A DNA stretch of 64,000 bases from an uncultured Candidatus Entotheonella sp. (lineage in GTDB: Bacteria > Tectomicrobia > Entotheonellia > Entotheonellales > Entotheonellaceae). The stretch's first letter is position 1. Every line of letters begins with the position of its first letter. Shown here piece after piece: positions 10,284 through 20,638 of the stretch. The notes beneath the pieces were generated by a model. That model searched no databases and was not told where the DNA came from. It saw only the letters and a list, made by a program, of their open reading frames with translations. The position numbers were made by a program, and so were the translations under genes. The stretch lies in the NCBI GenBank assembly GCA_965217185.1, contig OZ244252.1:1376001-1440000 (forward strand), in the 5' to 3' direction.

Positions 10284-10468
10284 GCACCACCTCCGTGGAA
10301 AAACTCCGTTTACGCCGTTGCCTCAGTTCCGCGGCGCCCGCAAGCCGGCGAACGTCCCGCCGCGGCGAGGGCGCTTATTGTAGCACCATGAACCGTTGGG
10401 CTGTGCTTGAACCAGCGACCCTGCCAGGGTAAGTGCATCTGAGAGTTGTCGCGTCTTCGACCCTGGAT

Positions 10469-10500
10469 GTAGGTCGGGTTAGCCGCAGGCGTAACCCGAC
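10469..10500 (+). repeat. GTAG-type REP-like palindrome
   Basis: GTAG-GTCGGGTTA-gccgcaggcg-TAACCCGAC. Confidence 0.65.
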
Positions 10501-10549
10501 GTTCCAATGCGCCGTCCCCCGACTCCCACGTTGAAACGTGGGAGGCAAA

Positions 10550-10783
10550 CTAAGGCGTTGGCAGACCTGGGTGTATCGGAGTTGATCGAGATTGTGCCCA
10601 AGCCCGAGGGCGCCAAGGGATTTACGGTTTTGTCATGTCGTTGGGTGGTGGAACGGAGCTTGGCGAGTTCTTTGGCCTGGGTAAAACTGGCCGGATGTCG
10701 GTTCATGTTGCGAAGGGCCGCTCGGTGTCAGAGACCGCGTCATTCTGCTGAGACCGCCGCCTGATGACTTATGGAACAGACTC
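10550..10783 (+). pseudogene. IS5-family transposase 3' remnant with terminal IR
   Basis: LGVSELIEIVPKPEGAKGFTVL..RWVVERS matches the IS5 copy at 29.3-30.1 kb; IR GACTTATGGAACAGACTC. Confidence 0.8.
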
Positions 10784-10952
10784 AGGGTGTTTGTGATGCA
10801 GATGCTACCTACGATTTGCCACCCTGACAGGCCCGTTTATGGCTCATTTGCCGATACGTGGCCATGAAATCTGATTCTCAAGCGTCCTATAGCGGTTTTC
10901 GCATGACGATATGGAAACCCAGCGGTGATGTGGCAGCCCGTAGCCCTCCAGG

Positions 10953-11026
10953 GTGGCGCGGGCTTTCAGCCTGCGCGAAGGGCGGGGGACCGCCCTCCGT
11001 GGGCAGACAGGAATGTCTGCCTCACC
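10953..11026 (+). repeat. Clustered REP-like hairpins
   Basis: GTGGCGCGGGCTTTCAGCCTGCGC and GTGGGCAGACAGGAATGTCTGCCTCAC. Confidence 0.5.
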
Positions 11027-11054
11027 TGTCCGGCGAAAACCAGACATACGAACG

Positions 11055-11291
11055 CAAACCCCTGTCCCTGCACCACCGAACCAATATCACTGCCCTTTGC
11101 CCGATTGCAGAAGGCACACGCATGCGCCAAGGTGTCCGGTTCCGCTGTCCCACCATGCTTTGCACTGATGACGTGGTCCACTTCACAGCCAAAAACGGTG
11201 TCGTCTTCGTGTATCAGGCAGCACTCGCACAGGGTATCGGCACGGGCTACCACACCACACGGCGCAAGGCGGCACTGACGTAACTACTCAT
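11055..11291 (-). pseudogene. HNH endonuclease, frameshifted near codon 13 and 3'-truncated
   Basis: MSSYVSAALRRVV / VARADTLCECC...EVDHVISAKHGG...ACAFCNRAKG in two frames. Confidence 0.8.
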
Positions 11292-11526
11292 GGGCAAAGT
11301 GGAGCCGGGCACGAGCCTTGGCCAGTCGCATGACGTGTTCCAGCTGCAGATAGTGCTCCAGTTCGGCGGTTTCTTCCTCCGAAAGGCCCGCAGCTTTCTC
11401 TTGCTGGATGAGGTCTGCCACCCGCGCTTTGGCTGCGGCAGATGGCTGGTAGGCCACCACGTCGCGCGGACTCGTGCCCGCCGCAATGAAGTCGATGATT
11501 TCTTCGTAGGCTCGAGTCATCGTCAT
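11284..11526 (-). CDS. Small helical protein coupled to the HNH gene (putative antitoxin)
   Basis: 80 aa; LSEEETAELEHYLQLEHVMRLAKARAR; RBS; overlaps the HNH start. Confidence 0.75.
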   Translation of the reverse strand: MTMTRAYEEIIDFIAAGTSPRDVVAYQPSAAAKARVADLIQQEKAAGLSEEETAELEHYLQLEHVMRLAKARARLHFAHE

Positions 11527-11689
11527 GCTGTACCCCCTTCTGCAAAGATCAGGGCCTCAGCGAAGCCGCTTCGGGCATTTGCACTGCCGCCCTTTCATGC
11601 ACGGCTTCGCGTGCAGCCTTGGGACCAGCCAACATCCTATTGAACGCCATGTCGCGGCTCTACCGCATCAATCATGGCTGCATTCGGTC

Positions 11690-11932
11690 TAATGTGGAGC
11701 CTTAATGAGACCAAGAATCTTGATCATGGATGCCCCCGTGTGTCAGCCGTCCATTACCCCCCACCCTAGCCCTCCCCCACAGAGGGGGGAGGGGATCAGC
11801 GAGTGAATCCTCTTCCACGAAGAGGGCTTTTGCTCCCTCTCCCCTGGTGGGAGAGGGTTGGGGTGAGGGGGAGAGCCTCGGATCAAGACCCAGATTTCAA
11901 GAAATTCCGGGTATCAAACGGGATCTACATTA
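11690..11932. mobile_element. MITE-like element enclosing a REP-like doublet
   Basis: Imperfect terminal IRs TAATGTGGAGCCTTAATGAGACC / GGTATCAAACGGGATCTACATTA; internal CCCTCCCCCACAGAGGGGGAGGG and CCCTCTCCCCTGGTGGGAGAGGG hairpins. Confidence 0.6.
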
Positions 11933-12330
11933 GTTCCGTATTGTTGTCCGACGGAGGGGCTGCCTAGTGGTTTGAATCCATCATTTTGAACCCTCTTTTC
12001 CCAGCGGCAATGGTCTTGTCTGAGTCACCATTCTATTTGAAAAGCTTCACTTTGTGGCTGTTGTACTCGTTGATTGAAGCGACCCAGCACGGCCCTTTTT
12101 TCTCACACCAACCACTGGTGTGGAAGGGGCCGATGCGACCGGAGACCGTACAACTCGCCATGGTCTCCTGGGGCCTTTCGTTTTTCAGGGGAACACTTTA
12201 TTAGGGCCCCAGCCGGCTTTGCACAAAAAGTCGATGTTGCAAAAAAAGTGGGAATCTGCACAGAAAGCCAGTGGTCATTGATGCCGCCTGGGGGCGGTAT
12301 GGCTCGGGATTGCGATAGCTGATGGCGGGT

Positions 12331-12669
12331 TCAGGGGGAAGGCTTGTCTGCGGTCTGCAACTGCTGTCGGATCACGTCGATTTCGCCTTCGTTGCGGGAG
12401 ATTCGTTCGATGATGCCGACGGTGAGCTTGCGGAGCTCGAATACTTCGCTGGCAAGGCTGTCGAGGCGTTCGTCCTGGGCGTCAAAACGTTGATTCATGG
12501 CGTTTTGTAGACGGTCGATGATGGCAACTACAGCGTCAATGCGCTGGTTGGTGTCGGCTCGGATGTCATCCAGTCTATGATGGACGGTGTTGTTGGAGTT
12601 ATGGATAAGTGCCAAAGCAGCTACCAGGACAAGGAGGGCGGCGGCATTGTCCTTGAGCCAGTTCCACAT
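12331..12669 (-). CDS. Hypothetical protein: N-terminal TM helix plus coiled coil
   Basis: MWNWLKDNAAALLVLVAALALI then RLDD/RIDA/RFDA heptads. Confidence 0.7.
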   Translation of the reverse strand: MWNWLKDNAAALLVLVAALALIHNSNNTVHHRLDDIRADTNQRIDAVVAIIDRLQNAMNQRFDAQDERLDSLASEVFELRKLTVGIIERISRNEGEIDVIRQQLQTADKPSP

Positions 12670-12844
12670 GGCGTTGTTTCCTTGAGAAGTGGGTTCGAGG
12701 GAGTGTAACACAATTAGATTCGGGTGGACGGTGTCCGATGCCTGGCTGGTTTTTTGTGCAAAGCCGCCCCAGCCGGTAGTGGCTCACTTTGAAAAGACTG
12801 GCTCACGTGCACGGGTTGCACGTTCGGTCGTCCGGCGCCGGTTT

Positions 12845-12885
12845 CCCCCTCACCCCGACCCTCTCCCGCCAGGGGAGAGGGGGAA
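12845..12885. repeat. REP-like palindrome, same family as 11755-11870
   Basis: CCCCCTCACCCCGACCCTCTCCCGCCAGGGGAGAGGG. Confidence 0.6.
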
Positions 12886-13065
12886 GGGGTGGTGCGAGGA
12901 GGAAATTTGAAAGTGAGACACTACCGACTGTTGAGCAGACTTGACAGTGTTTTGCAGCTTTTCCGAGGCCCTCCCGGGAAACTTCCGTGATACGGTCCCA
13001 AGGGGAGCGAGGCACAACGGCGGGTCGACGGACGCATGTATGTTGTTTATGAAAAAACCAACGAA

Positions 13066-13275
13066 CTATGCGACTTGGTCTTGACGTTCGCTTGGGTGTA
13101 GCAAGAGATATTCTCTTACTTCCAGATTCATCCGGTCGATTTCAGCAAGATAACCGCCTGCCGATAAATGATAATTCTGCGGATTGGTTTCGACCTGTCG
13201 GAGTTTTTCGACTTGGTTCTGAAAGTATCGGAGACGTGCTTTGGTCGCCTCAAGTTCCTGATCGTTCTGAATCAT
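13066..13275 (-). CDS. Small protein, probable antitoxin-like partner
   Basis: MIQNDQELEATKARL...YLAEIDRMNLEVREYL; start overlaps the 3' end of an upstream remnant. Confidence 0.65.
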   Translation of the reverse strand: MIQNDQELEATKARLRYFQNQVEKLRQVETNPQNYHLSAGGYLAEIDRMNLEVREYLLLHPSERQDQVA

Positions 13276-13395
13276 CGCTGATGACCTCAACTATGCCACG
13301 TCGTGTGTGATCTCGTTTGGTTTGCCAGTACGCCAGAGCCTCATGCTCCCCACCCATCGCGGCGAGCCGCCGAATCCAGAACACACTGGCGCCCT
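13250..13395 (-). pseudogene. C-terminal remnant of the upstream partner gene (DUF6932-like, tentative)
   Basis: GASVFWIRRLAAMGGEHEALAYWQTKRDHTRRGIVEVI; no intact 5' part. Confidence 0.4.
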
Positions 13396-13811
13396 CGACA
13401 TTCTGCACCGCCAGATTGCAAAACTTCAGTAATAACGACGTAGACCTCACCTCAAAACGGTGGGGCGGACCTGGTCTGAAAGGACGACTATCAGGCCCTG
13501 GTGGGGTGCATGTGGGAGATTTGACGCCGCGACCCGGTGCCTGGAGCCCTCCGAAGGGCAGTTTTGGCCCGATGGTTACGACCACTCTCCTGTGCCCTCG
13601 CCATTCTTCCACCACGTTTCGTCCTTCGAGGTGCGCTCCCACACCGCAGCGATGTCGAACTCGAGGGCGATGCGGCGTGCTTCGGTGTCGGTGACTTGGT
13701 AGCGGCTGGCGAAGTCGACCGCGGCGACAAAGACAGCGGACGGGCGCATAAGCCGCGTAGGCGGCTAGAACTACAAAGGAGTGTTCAAGGACATGGGCGC
13801 GGCGGTTGGCC

Positions 13812-14144
13812 TTAATTGGCGGCGTGGTCCAGCACCTCTTCGGCCCACTGGTTCAGGCTCTTGCCAGACAGTTCGGCTGCGAGGGCGGCTTTACGGTGAA
13901 CCTCGGGGCTGATCCGGAACATCACCTGGCCGGAGAATGCCTTCTGCGGCTCCTTGCCGACCTTGGCGCACGTCTCGATATAATCCTCGACCGCCTCGTG
14001 AAATGCTTCCCGCAGGCCTTCCACCGTTTCCGCATGAAAGCCCACTCCGTCGCGAATGCCGGCAATGCGGCCCGTGAAGATACCGTCATCGTCGTCATAC
14101 TCGATGCGGGCCGAATAGCCCTTGTAGTTCATGGTATTGCTCAT
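13812..14144 (-). CDS. hicB: HicB antitoxin
   Basis: MNYKGYSARIEYD..F.GRIAGIRD; FHEAVEDY; RHH tail FRISPEVH...SLNQW. Confidence 0.93.
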   Translation of the reverse strand: MSNTMNYKGYSARIEYDDDDGIFTGRIAGIRDGVGFHAETVEGLREAFHEAVEDYIETCAKVGKEPQKAFSGQVMFRISPEVHRKAALAAELSGKSLNQWAEEVLDHAAN

Positions 14145-14404
14145 GGGGTTACTCCGATCCGTTTCAGGAACGCACGAGCCGCGCGGACCTGATAGCGTTT
14201 GGCTTCCTTGACGGGGTGCGGCCGGTGAAACGTTTCAACCTCGCTGTCCTTCTCGAATCGTACACGCGAGCCTCGCCCCTCAATCAGTCGTGCCCCGGTG
14301 GCAAGAAGCAGACTTTCGATCGCCGCCCATTCGATGGTGCCTGACACCGGGTCGGTAAAGACAGCGGCAAGGGTTCTTCGGTGCTTGTTGTTCATGTGTT
14401 TCAT
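14141..14404 (-). CDS. hicA: HicA mRNA interferase toxin
   Basis: EGRGSRVRF...FHRPHP.KEAKRYQV; ATGA overlap with hicB. Confidence 0.93.
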   Translation of the reverse strand: MKHMNNKHRRTLAAVFTDPVSGTIEWAAIESLLLATGARLIEGRGSRVRFEKDSEVETFHRPHPVKEAKRYQVRAARAFLKRIGVTP

Positions 14405-14686
14405 GTACTATATGCTTGCGTTATTTGCAAGCTTATAGATTGACGGTATGGCACTCCCTCTTTTTGTCGGCGCGGCTCAATGCGGTCATACGGGTCGGCT
14501 TGAAGCAGATGCGGGCGGCCTCTGAGTCCAAGGACCGGCGAATGGACAACCAGCATCGCGAGACGATACTGGGATCGGTTGCGGAAAAGGCCCGGTAACA
14601 AGATAGTTGTCATAGAGTGCGAGATGAACGCCATCTCATTTAACGACCCGATACTGTTGGCGAACCCTCCGTACAGTCATCTGGCC

Positions 14687-16140
14687 GTAAGCGTTCAGGG
14701 GGCTCTCTGCACTTCTTTGTTGCCTGATCAAGCGATTGTGGGCTAGGGTCATACTTCTTTCGCGTTGCGTCTCCTATTGACCTGTTTGCAGGGAGTCCGA
14801 ATGAAGCCGTCGAGGCCGCCTGAGTCGTTGTCGCAAAGCGATTGGCAACAAACCCCTCCGACCGTACAGGCCTATCTCCTCAACCTGCATCAGCGCTTGG
14901 TCCAACTCCAACAGCAAATCGAGCGACTCCAAAATCGCTTGCAACGCACCGCCAAGACATCCGACAAACCACCCTCGTCGGATTCGCCCTTCCAAAGACA
15001 CGCAGGCAAGCAAAGCAAGCCCACAGGCAAACGCGGCGCCCGACAAGGTCACCCCGGCGCAGGTCCCAAGTTACACCGTCCCAGCGAGCGCCAAGCCATC
15101 TATCCTGAACCCTGCATGTGTGGTCAAGGCGTGCCGCGTTTGACGACGCCGTATCACACCCATCAAGTCATGGAATTGCCATCCACCTTGATGCACGTCA
15201 CGCACTGGGTCTTGCACCAAGGCAAGTGTGCGGGTTGTGGCAAGTGGCTCAAAGCCCGGCTGCCCAAGGCTCGACAGAGCGGCTATGGCCCACGTTTGAC
15301 GGCCTTGACAGGTGAACTCAGCGCCATGCACCGCACCTCCCGGCGTGGTGTGCAGGACTTTTGTCGTTCGGTGTTGGGGGTGTCGATCAGTCTGGGTGCG
15401 ATTCAACGCCTCATTGAGCGCACCTCCCTGGCCATCGTGCCGCACGATGCGGCCATTGCTCGCTTGGCCCGCAAGGCGCCTGTGGGCTACGTCGATGAGA
15501 CGCCGTGGTACTGCGGCCATGCCTTGCAGTGGCTCTGGAGCATGGTCACGGACACGGTGGTCCTGTACCGTATTGATGCCAAGCGTTCGCAGGCGGCCTT
15601 TGAGTCTCTGATAAAGGATTGGCGAGGCATTCTGGTCAGCGACGGCTACGGCGTGTATCAAGCTTGGGGCAATGCTCGTCAGAGTTGCTTGGCGCATCTT
15701 GCTCGCCGTGCCCGGGAGTTGTCGCAGCGACCCCAAGCCGACCTTGCTGCTTGCGGCAAGGTGGTTTTGAAGGAGCTTCAGCGATTGTGTCAGATGGCTC
15801 ACGCGCCGCCAAGTGGTGGTCAGTGGCAGGCGTGGTATGCGTGCTTGTGCCGTCTCGTGAAGCGTTATGAGAGTCGCCCTGATGAGGCGGGTCGTCTGGT
15901 GAGGCATTTACGCCGTGAGGCGGGTTCGCTGTGGGTGTTTCTCAACGAGCCGGAAGTTGAGCCGACGAACAACCGGGCGGAGCGCGCCTTGCGCTTTGGC
16001 GTATTGTGGCGCAAGGGTTCCTTGGGTACGGCAAGTGCCAAAGGCAACGCTTGGGTGCAACGGAGTCTATCGTTGCGTCAGACGTGCCGGCAACTGGGGC
16101 AATCGAGCTTTTCGGTGTTGGTGGACGCCCTTGGGGCGTT
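14687..16140 (+). mobile_element. IS66-family element (single TnpC-type transposase from about 14801), right end lost
   Basis: IRL GTAAGCGTTCAG at 14687; SDKPPSSD, YGPRL, VDETPW, VSDGYGVY, CLAHL, PTNNRAERALR. Confidence 0.9.
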
Positions 16141-16142
16141 AG

Positions 16143-16533
16143 CGAGCGCTCGACTGTCGAGCGGGTCAATGCGCGTCTCAAGGACGAGTTCGGCGCCCGT
16201 CATGTTCGGGTCCGGGGGCATGCGAAGGTGCTCTGCCACCTCATGTTCGGAATCCTCGCGCTGACGGTCAGCCAGCTGACACGTCTGCTATTGCCGCCGC
16301 TCTAACTCTGAGCCGGCTTGCTCACCTCGACATCACCGGAACCCCCCGCCTCATCAGGGGCCAGCGGATAAACATGCCCGCAGGTCCAGGAAAATGTCGA
16401 ATCGGACGCGGATGCACCGCTTATACGACACGCACCCAATCTTTGATGGCATCTCCAGCGTCACACGATGCTTTGGGCTCGTCCTATTCCTATAGCCGGA
16501 CCCCCAAATCTCTCAGGGTTTTGCAAGTTGCTC
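16143..16533 (+). pseudogene. 3' remnant and right IR of an IS related to 19102-20597
   Basis: ERSTVERVNARLKDEFG...CHLMFG; end TTTTGCAAGTTGCTC. Confidence 0.85.
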
Positions 16534-17357
16534 GAGTGCATGACACTTCGGTGCTGGATAGCCCTTATGTAGTTCATTATGGATGTAATTGTAGACTTCT
16601 GGGTTTTTTTGTAGCCGCTATGGCCGCTGACCACAGATGTGCAATCGATGATTTTTGTTTGCCCAGAAATAGCAGCAGTGTTTTTGGGGCCACTGTAGCC
16701 TAATGCCACCCTCTCTTCGCCTTTTGGGTGCTTCTCGACTACCTGAAACCAATTACCCAGCTTCATATCCTTTTTGGAGTGAAACACGTACGTTTTGTCA
16801 CAATATAAGGTGCCATTGAAGTAACGCTTTTCAGCTTCAATGGATTGATCGTTCACGCTGGCCGCCATGAGAAACTGCCAGTGCTTATTAGGCTTCTTAA
16901 TCCCCCTTCGATCTAGTTGCTTATGGGCAATCAATGAGATCATGCACCCCATGCTGTGGGACATCACTCCCAGTTCTGAGCATTTTGAGATGGTAGTTTC
17001 AAGCAGTTTTACGAATCTCAATGCTACCGCCGACCCCGCCCGTTTCTTCGCAGTGGAATACTTCGAGTAGTAACCACCGCCCGGCCATGTGTAACCAACA
17101 ACCACATCAAAATACTTAATGCGATTTGACTGCATCTTTTGGATGCGGTAGTAGGCACGCATTACCGCCTTGCATCTGTTGTTGTAGCCATGACATAGCA
17201 AGAGCACCTTTTTGCCGTTGATTTCCGACTCATAGTCAGCTATTGCTTTCGATTCCTGTTTCCCCCTAGGACCGACTTCCCTAATCATGTCGTCCTGGTT
17301 TAGGGGGAGTACACAGTCGTAATCCCAAAATTCTTTCCTTGAACTGATCACATACAT
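16534..17357 (-). CDS. Alpha/beta hydrolase (DUF900-like), low GC, 3' end probably damaged
   Basis: CHGYNN, YTWP, SHSMG nucleophile elbow, HSGY; annotated ORF runs into the IS right end. Confidence 0.75.
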
Positions 17358-17461
17358 TACGTCTCTCCTTTAACAATACTTCGGACGGTCCCCAAGCCGC
17401 CCTGTCAGTGATCGTGCCATAGTTACAAAGGTCTTGGTAATCGGGGCTGGATTTTTCCAGG

Positions 17462-17760
17462 CTATGCCCGTGGGGCTAAATGCCGAGAAATTCGCTCCAG
17501 CAGATGTTGGTTGAAGGCGCGCCGTTTAAGACTCGCCATGGAAAACCCTGCCTGGGCACCGCCGCCTTGCTGTCGCGCTTCCAGCTTGCCCAAGGTCAGA
17601 GCACTCATGCTGGCATTGAAGTGAAAATGCAGCTTGGCCTGCGAGCGCGCTTGACAGGCACTCAGAGACGTAAACTGCTTGGCGTCCCTGAAGAGAAACT
17701 CGATTTGGAAGCGTGCTTTGTATCCACGATAAAGCGTCTGCGCATCCAAGTCGGTATCGC
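17462..17760 (-). pseudogene. IS4-superfamily DDE transposase C-terminal remnant
   Basis: YKARFQIEFLFRDAKQFT.L..CQAR (YREK-like motif). Confidence 0.8.
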
Positions 17761-17924
17761 TTATCCTCCCAAGGCGTGTTTGAGGCTTTGGTTTTGCCAT
17801 CGTATTTCTCCTCACCTCATGCCATTCGAACCCAGAAGGAGCCGCGAGGTGCTGCTACGGGCTCACGGCTCCCCGGTGCATCCGCATCGTCATTCCCAGT
17901 TCGGGTCCGCCGGCGTGGTTTTCT

Positions 17925-18130
17925 TCACTGCCGATGCACCCCAAAGGAGCCGGCGATGCTTTCTGCACGATGAAGGCTCATCGTCTCGCCACGTTGCCGT
18001 GAGCGCCCCAGCGAAAGAGGAAGGATGGTCGGTCGCGGCATCCCCGTTCCCGCCAAGCATGCCGCCCCGGTCAACCCACCGGCTTCCAGGGCTGGGGTGA
18101 TCGCCATAAACCAAGCCGCCATGATAATGC
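17925..18130 (-). pseudogene. Frameshifted C-terminal fragment paralogous to the lipoprotein at 25726-27607
   Basis: GGMLGGNGDAATDHPSSFAGALTA and HRAESIAGSFGVH vs GGIFGGNGRVATDHPTSFAGAFTA and HRAESFAGSFGAH. Confidence 0.8.
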
Positions 18131-18139
18131 GGGTCGGAC

Positions 18140-18409
18140 TTATCCCCTTGCCGTGCCCCAGGCCGGCGGCGTAGATGGTGGGCTCGCGGTCGGCCACCTC
18201 GCCGTGCCAGGCTTCGTCCACATGTTCAGCGTCCAGGTGTCCTTGAACGCCGCACCAGCGGCTTCGGAACCGATGGGCGCGGCGTCGTTGCGGTTGGCGT
18301 TGAACGGCGGGGCGAGGTAGATCAGGTCAACCGATTCGGAGTTCATGCCGCGCATGATGTCCATGTTGTCGCCCGTGCACATTGTGCGGTTAGACCAGTT
18401 GGGTTGCAT
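18140..18409 (-). pseudogene. N6/N4 DNA methyltransferase N-terminal remnant
   Basis: TGDNMDIMRGMNSESVDLIYL(A)PPFN; catalytic DPPF reads APPF; frameshifted. Confidence 0.85.
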
Positions 18410-18473
18410 GTGTCACCCCGGCCCGGAAGCGCCCATCCGATACGATTGGCCAGATGGGCGCTGATGGGAAGAA

Positions 18474-18932
18474 TCATTTGAGGAAGGCGCCATGCTCATC
18501 ACTGCCACCGCCACCGTCGGGCATGTCATGGGATGTAAACGGTTGCTCTGGAGCTATTGGTAGCTCCGGGAAAGGGTCGTCGATAAAAGAAGCATGTGGC
18601 GTAAACAGTTGCTCTGGTGCTGGAGCAGGGTTATCGGGTGTATACAGGTCACCCCCTCCGATTTCCACCGGCATTATGACCGTCTTGAGTACGGCCATTG
18701 CAGGGTTTCCGGTCATCGCTGCTTTCACGACGGCCTTTGATATGCTCTTGATGACGCGCTCCGTCTCGGTGGGACCTTCACTTGGACCTGGGCTCCCCCC
18801 ACCACATCCACCGCCGTCGAGATCGCTACCGCAGTGGGCCTGTAGTCGCTGTGCAGAACTATCGCTTGCCGGTGACAGTGACATGAACACCGCCAACAAC
18901 ACGACCAACAATGCTAGGCGAGTTTGGAACAT
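18474..18932 (-). CDS. Small secreted hypothetical protein, Gly/Pro/acid-rich
   Basis: AGGAGG RBS; signal peptide MFQTRLALLVVLLAVFMSLSPASDSSA. Confidence 0.65.
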   Translation of the reverse strand: MFQTRLALLVVLLAVFMSLSPASDSSAQRLQAHCGSDLDGGGCGGGSPGPSEGPTETERVIKSISKAVVKAAMTGNPAMAVLKTVIMPVEIGGGDLYTPDNPAPAPEQLFTPHASFIDDPFPELPIAPEQPFTSHDMPDGGGGSDEHGAFLK

Positions 18933-19101
18933 GCTAGTCCTCCTTCTAAGGGAGTATCCGCGAATGAGTGGCTCCTTAACAACACTCTCAACCTGATCAT
19001 TCCCTCCTTGGAAGGAGCCCGTGATCTGCTGCGGTGACTCACGGCTCCATGGTGCGCACTGCACCGTTTGCGATCAGTCCGATAAAAATGCCGCTACAAT
19101 C

Positions 19102-20597
19102 GAGCCACTTGCAGAATTGCGTGTACGAGTGGGATTTTCTTTCTCCGTGTCAAGCGCGGGGCAGGCTCTGGGGCTGATTGGTGGACATTGGGGCCGCTTT
19201 CTGATTCTGTTGAGTTGTCAAACAACCGAATCAGGAGGAACGACCCCAATGGCCTTACGTGAGATACTATCGAGTTACTGGTCTTGCTTTCAAGCGCTGC
19301 TGTTCCCGCAGCTTGAGGAAACGATCGGGGCGCTGGGGGAACGCCATCAGCGCTTCGTCATGGTGCTCGAATGGGTGCGGGTGGAAACGCTGCTGCCGTA
19401 CCAGCACCGGCGTCGCGGCTGTCCGCCAAGTGACCGCGCGGCCTTAGCCCGCGCCTTCATCGCCAAGGCCGTCTTCGCGCTGGTTAGCACCCGGATGTTG
19501 CTTGATCGTCTGCGCCACGACAGCACCCTGCGCCGGTTGTGCGGCTGGCGTAGCGTCAAGCACATTCCGAGCGAGGCGACGTTTTCACGTGCCTTTGCCG
19601 AATTTGCCGACAGCGCCTTGCCGAGCCACCTGCACGAGGCGCTGATCAAACGCACCCAGGGTGAGCGTCTGGCAGGCCATATTTCACGCGATTCGACGGC
19701 GATTGAAGGGCGCGAGAGACCGACCCCGAAGGCGCCGCAGCCGGCCAAGCCGAAGCGGCGGCGCGGGCGTCCGCGCAAGGGCGAGGAGCGTCCCACGGAG
19801 CCGCGCCGTCTGGAGCGCCAGCGCAACATGACCCTGCCGGAGATGCTCGCCGACTTGCCGTACGCCTGTGACATTGGCGTCAAGCGCGACGCCAAAGGCT
19901 ATCAGACGTCATGGAGCGGCTACAAGTTGCATATTGACGCGGCCGACGGCGCCATCCCGGTCAGTTGCCTGCTTACCTCGGCGTCGCTGCACGACAGCCA
20001 AGTCGCCATCCCGCTGGCGACCCTGACGGCGGAGCGAGTCCGCAACCTGTATGACCTGATGGACAGCGCCTACGATGCCCCGGAAATCCGCGCCCACAGC
20101 CGCGCCCTGGGTCATGTTGCGATCATCGACGTCAACCCCCGCAGCGGCGCGCGCAAGCAGGCGCTGCGGCAGGAGAGGCAGGCACGGCGTGCCTGTGGGT
20201 TGGTCCTGTCTGAGGAGAGACGTTACCACGAACGCTCGACCGTCGAGCGCGTCAATGGTCGCCTCAAGGATGAATTCGGAGGTCGCAGCGTGCGCGTGCG
20301 CGGCCATGCCAAGGTGCTGTGTCATCTGATGTTCGGGATTGTGGCGCTCACGGTTGATCAGTTGATGCGCTTGGTGACCTGAAGCTGGTCTCGCGGTCCC
20401 GTTTCCTCCATCCCGGCACGCGCTGCTGTCCTGTACGCAGGGGGGAGAGTTGCGTCCGCATCGCAAGACGGGAGCCGGAACTCGGCACCGCCATGGCTGA
20501 ATTCGTGGCAATTGGAACCACCGACGGCAAATGATTCACCGTACGGTCTCATGACAACCGCTCCGAGGCCAAACTAGCGGAGTTTTGCAAGTGGCTC
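19102..20597 (+). mobile_element. Intact IS (IS5/IS1182-like DDE transposase 19249-20382)
   Basis: IRs GAGCCACTTGCAGAA / TTTTGCAAGTGGCTC; 4-bp flanking repeat AATC; SRDSTAI, GYKLH, MDSAYD, RSTVERVN. Confidence 0.92.
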
Positions 20598-20638
20598 AAT
20601 CAACACGACAATCACTATAACGAAAACAAAATAGCCGA

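Noticed and set aside
12203..12250. Possible IS end (GGCTTTGCACAAAAAGTCG)
   Set aside because: No matching inverted copy or transposase found nearby.
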